DNA from: Candidatus Krumholzibacteriia bacterium
Lineage (GTDB): Bacteria > Krumholzibacteriota > Krumholzibacteriia > WVZY01
Assembly (NCBI GenBank): GCA_036478295.1
Contig: JAZGDW010000040.1
Coordinates: forward strand, 1 to 37,805
Length of the DNA: 37,805 bases
Direction of reading: 5' to 3'
Position numbers and translations under genes: made by a program. Shown here piece after piece: positions 36,259 to 37,805 of this stretch (positions are counted from its first letter, which is position 1; each line of letters begins with the position of its first letter). The notes beneath the pieces were generated by a model. The model worked only from the letters and a program-made list of their open reading frames with translations, had not been told where the DNA came from and made no database searches.

Positions 36259-37113
36259 ATGACCTGGCACGGACAGATCAATCGGACTATCTGGGAAATC
36301 GAGACCCTCCTCGAGAAGAATCCCAACGACTTCAAACTCGGACGCGAACTTCTTCGCGCCCACTTTCTCCAGCGCTTCGAGTATGACCGCAGTGTTCACG
36401 TCCCGCGTGACGATCGCTCGTTTCTCTTTCTACAGCAGCAAAAGGCACCGGCGTTGCTCGTGCTCCATGGCGCGCACGGCACCCCGGCGGAGGTGAGGGA
36501 GCTCGGGAACTATTTCTACGGTAAAGGCTATACTGTCTTCTGCCCGCGGCTCACACGTTACGACCTCAAGAATCGGATGGTGACGTGGGAGTCATGGGTG
36601 ACGATGGCGGAGACCGCGCTAACCACGGTGCTGCGCTACTCGCCGAACGCGATTGTCGTCGGTCTGAGCCTGGGCGGCACGGTCTGCATGCTTCTCTCCA
36701 GCCTGCACGGGCTGAAGGGAATGATACTGCTCGCGCCAGCCATCTACCCCAAGTACGACCTCAAGGGACGGTTCTACGCGCTGGCCAGGCACGTTACGCC
36801 AACCCTGTTCTTTCGTTTCGCGGGCTGGAACGGCGAAGCCACCAAAGCCATGGAGCGGATCCGCAGGTCGGACCCCAACACCCAAACCCCGGTGCTGGTC
36901 CTGCAAGCGCGGGACGATCGCGTGGTCTCGAACAGGGGGCTCAAACTCATCAAGAAATGGGCTTCCAGCGGCCAGAGTGAAGTCGTTCTCCTGCCACAGG
37001 GCTCGCACGCTCTGACCCGCGGCAAGGCCAAGAAAGAGGTGTTCGAGCGGATGTACGACTTCGCGCAGAAGCTCCAGACCTCGGACAGGGGATCCCGGAG
37101 GAATCGCAGGTAG
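36259..37113 (+). CDS. Alpha/beta hydrolase (carboxylesterase-like)
   Basis: LVLHG, nucleophile GLSLG, DDRVV acid, GSH histidine; ATG 9 nt after the guaB stop. Confidence 0.88.
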   Translation: MTWHGQINRTIWEIETLLEKNPNDFKLGRELLRAHFLQRFEYDRSVHVPRDDRSFLFLQQQKAPALLVLHGAHGTPAEVRELGNYFYGKGYTVFCPRLTRYDLKNRMVTWESWVTMAETALTTVLRYSPNAIVVGLSLGGTVCMLLSSLHGLKGMILLAPAIYPKYDLKGRFYALARHVTPTLFFRFAGWNGEATKAMERIRRSDPNTQTPVLVLQARDDRVVSNRGLKLIKKWASSGQSEVVLLPQGSHALTRGKAKKEVFERMYDFAQKLQTSDRGSRRNRR

Positions 37114-37129
37114 AGGGTTGGGGGATCGC

Positions 37130-37804
37130 TCAGTCTTCGATGTGAAATTTGAACGACGGGTCGATCCGTTTGATGTCGTTGACCATCGTTTCGAGCTTTT
37201 TCCGCAGAATTTTGCTCTTGTTCTTCATGTAATCCGAGTACAGATCCAGGAACTTGTCCTGGAGGCCCTTCAGCTCTTTGCTGACCGCCTCCCGGTCGAT
37301 CGACCGTTCGAGATGATAGATCTCGCCTTTTCCGAGGCGATCGAGGATGTTGAAGTATTCTCCCCTCATATGGCTCAGGATCTCCACGTAACGTTCGAAA
37401 CCCCTCGAGAGCTTCTCCAACACCTCGCTGATCCCGGAGGACTTGTTGAACATCGACTGGCTGTACGAATAGGCGAAATTGTAATACGTCTTTGCCCTTC
37501 CCATGTGGGCTTCCTCGGAATTTATCAGTAGCGATGCCGGATCCAACTTATCGTTGTGCCCGTCCTTGAAGATTCCGATGGAGATGAGCAGAAAATCTGC
37601 GTTGGTTTTGTATATCGTGTACTTCAGCCGTACGTCTGAAGAGTTTTCTATCTTGGAAAACAGGCTCGTATCGTAGCGCGAAATATATTTTTTTACCCGC
37701 CGGTGGTACTCGGGCTTCATGAACGAACAAAGGAGGTTCGTCAGGTACATATTGACGTCTTCGTCGTAGAAATCCTTGTTGGAAGGATGTCCAGTTTCTA
37801 GCCG
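37130..37804 (-). CDS. Hypothetical alpha-helical protein, 5' end outside the window
   Basis: Frame stays open upstream of ATG 37750 to the window edge (RLETGHPSNKDFYDEDVN-MYLTNLL); convergent with the esterase. Confidence 0.75.
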   Translation of the reverse strand, partial: RLETGHPSNKDFYDEDVNMYLTNLLCSFMKPEYHRRVKKYISRYDTSLFSKIENSSDVRLKYTIYKTNADFLLISIGIFKDGHNDKLDPASLLINSEEAHMGRAKTYYNFAYSYSQSMFNKSSGISEVLEKLSRGFERYVEILSHMRGEYFNILDRLGKGEIYHLERSIDREAVSKELKGLQDKFLDLYSDYMKNKSKILRKKLETMVNDIKRIDPSFKFHIED

Positions 37805-37805
37805 G

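Noticed and set aside
1..37805. tRNA, rRNA, transposase, integrase or prophage genes
   Set aside because: None recognised by eye on either strand; covariance-model searches were not possible

Overview
GC-rich bacterial chromosomal segment. Outer-membrane beta-barrels, lipoproteins and three receptor-type Hanks kinases suggest a diderm, possibly an uncultured FCB/Acidobacteria-like lineage (inference only). Left part (1-21.3 kb) is accessory/envelope DNA: a beta-barrel plus CRTAC1/ASPIC-UnbV pair, three tandem paralogous lipoproteins, a second beta-barrel, three membrane Ser/Thr-type kinases (two TPR, one PD40), a secreted receiver-like protein, a four-gene ABC operon and an OMP. Middle part (21.4-28.5 kb, minus strand) has apbE, an MFS transporter, an M14 peptidase and a metzincin-like lipoprotein. 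Right part is housekeeping: trxB, two PTPS/QueD paralogues, folE, a cysteine desulfurase, an MTH1187 protein, dcd, mgtC-like, guaB and an esterase. Top finding: a 62-aa, strongly basic prokaryotic histone (33702-33890) with its own RBS and terminator, resembling the short face-to-face/DUF1931 class. Also notable: an attenuator-like leader with mutually exclusive pairings and a 32-codon uORF upstream of the M14 peptidase; a kinase with a tyrosine-kinase-like catalytic loop; two perfect TTGAT-N4-ATCAA boxes; and adjacent PTPS-I and PTPS-II motif genes. All family assignments come from motif recognition by eye; no database searches were run.
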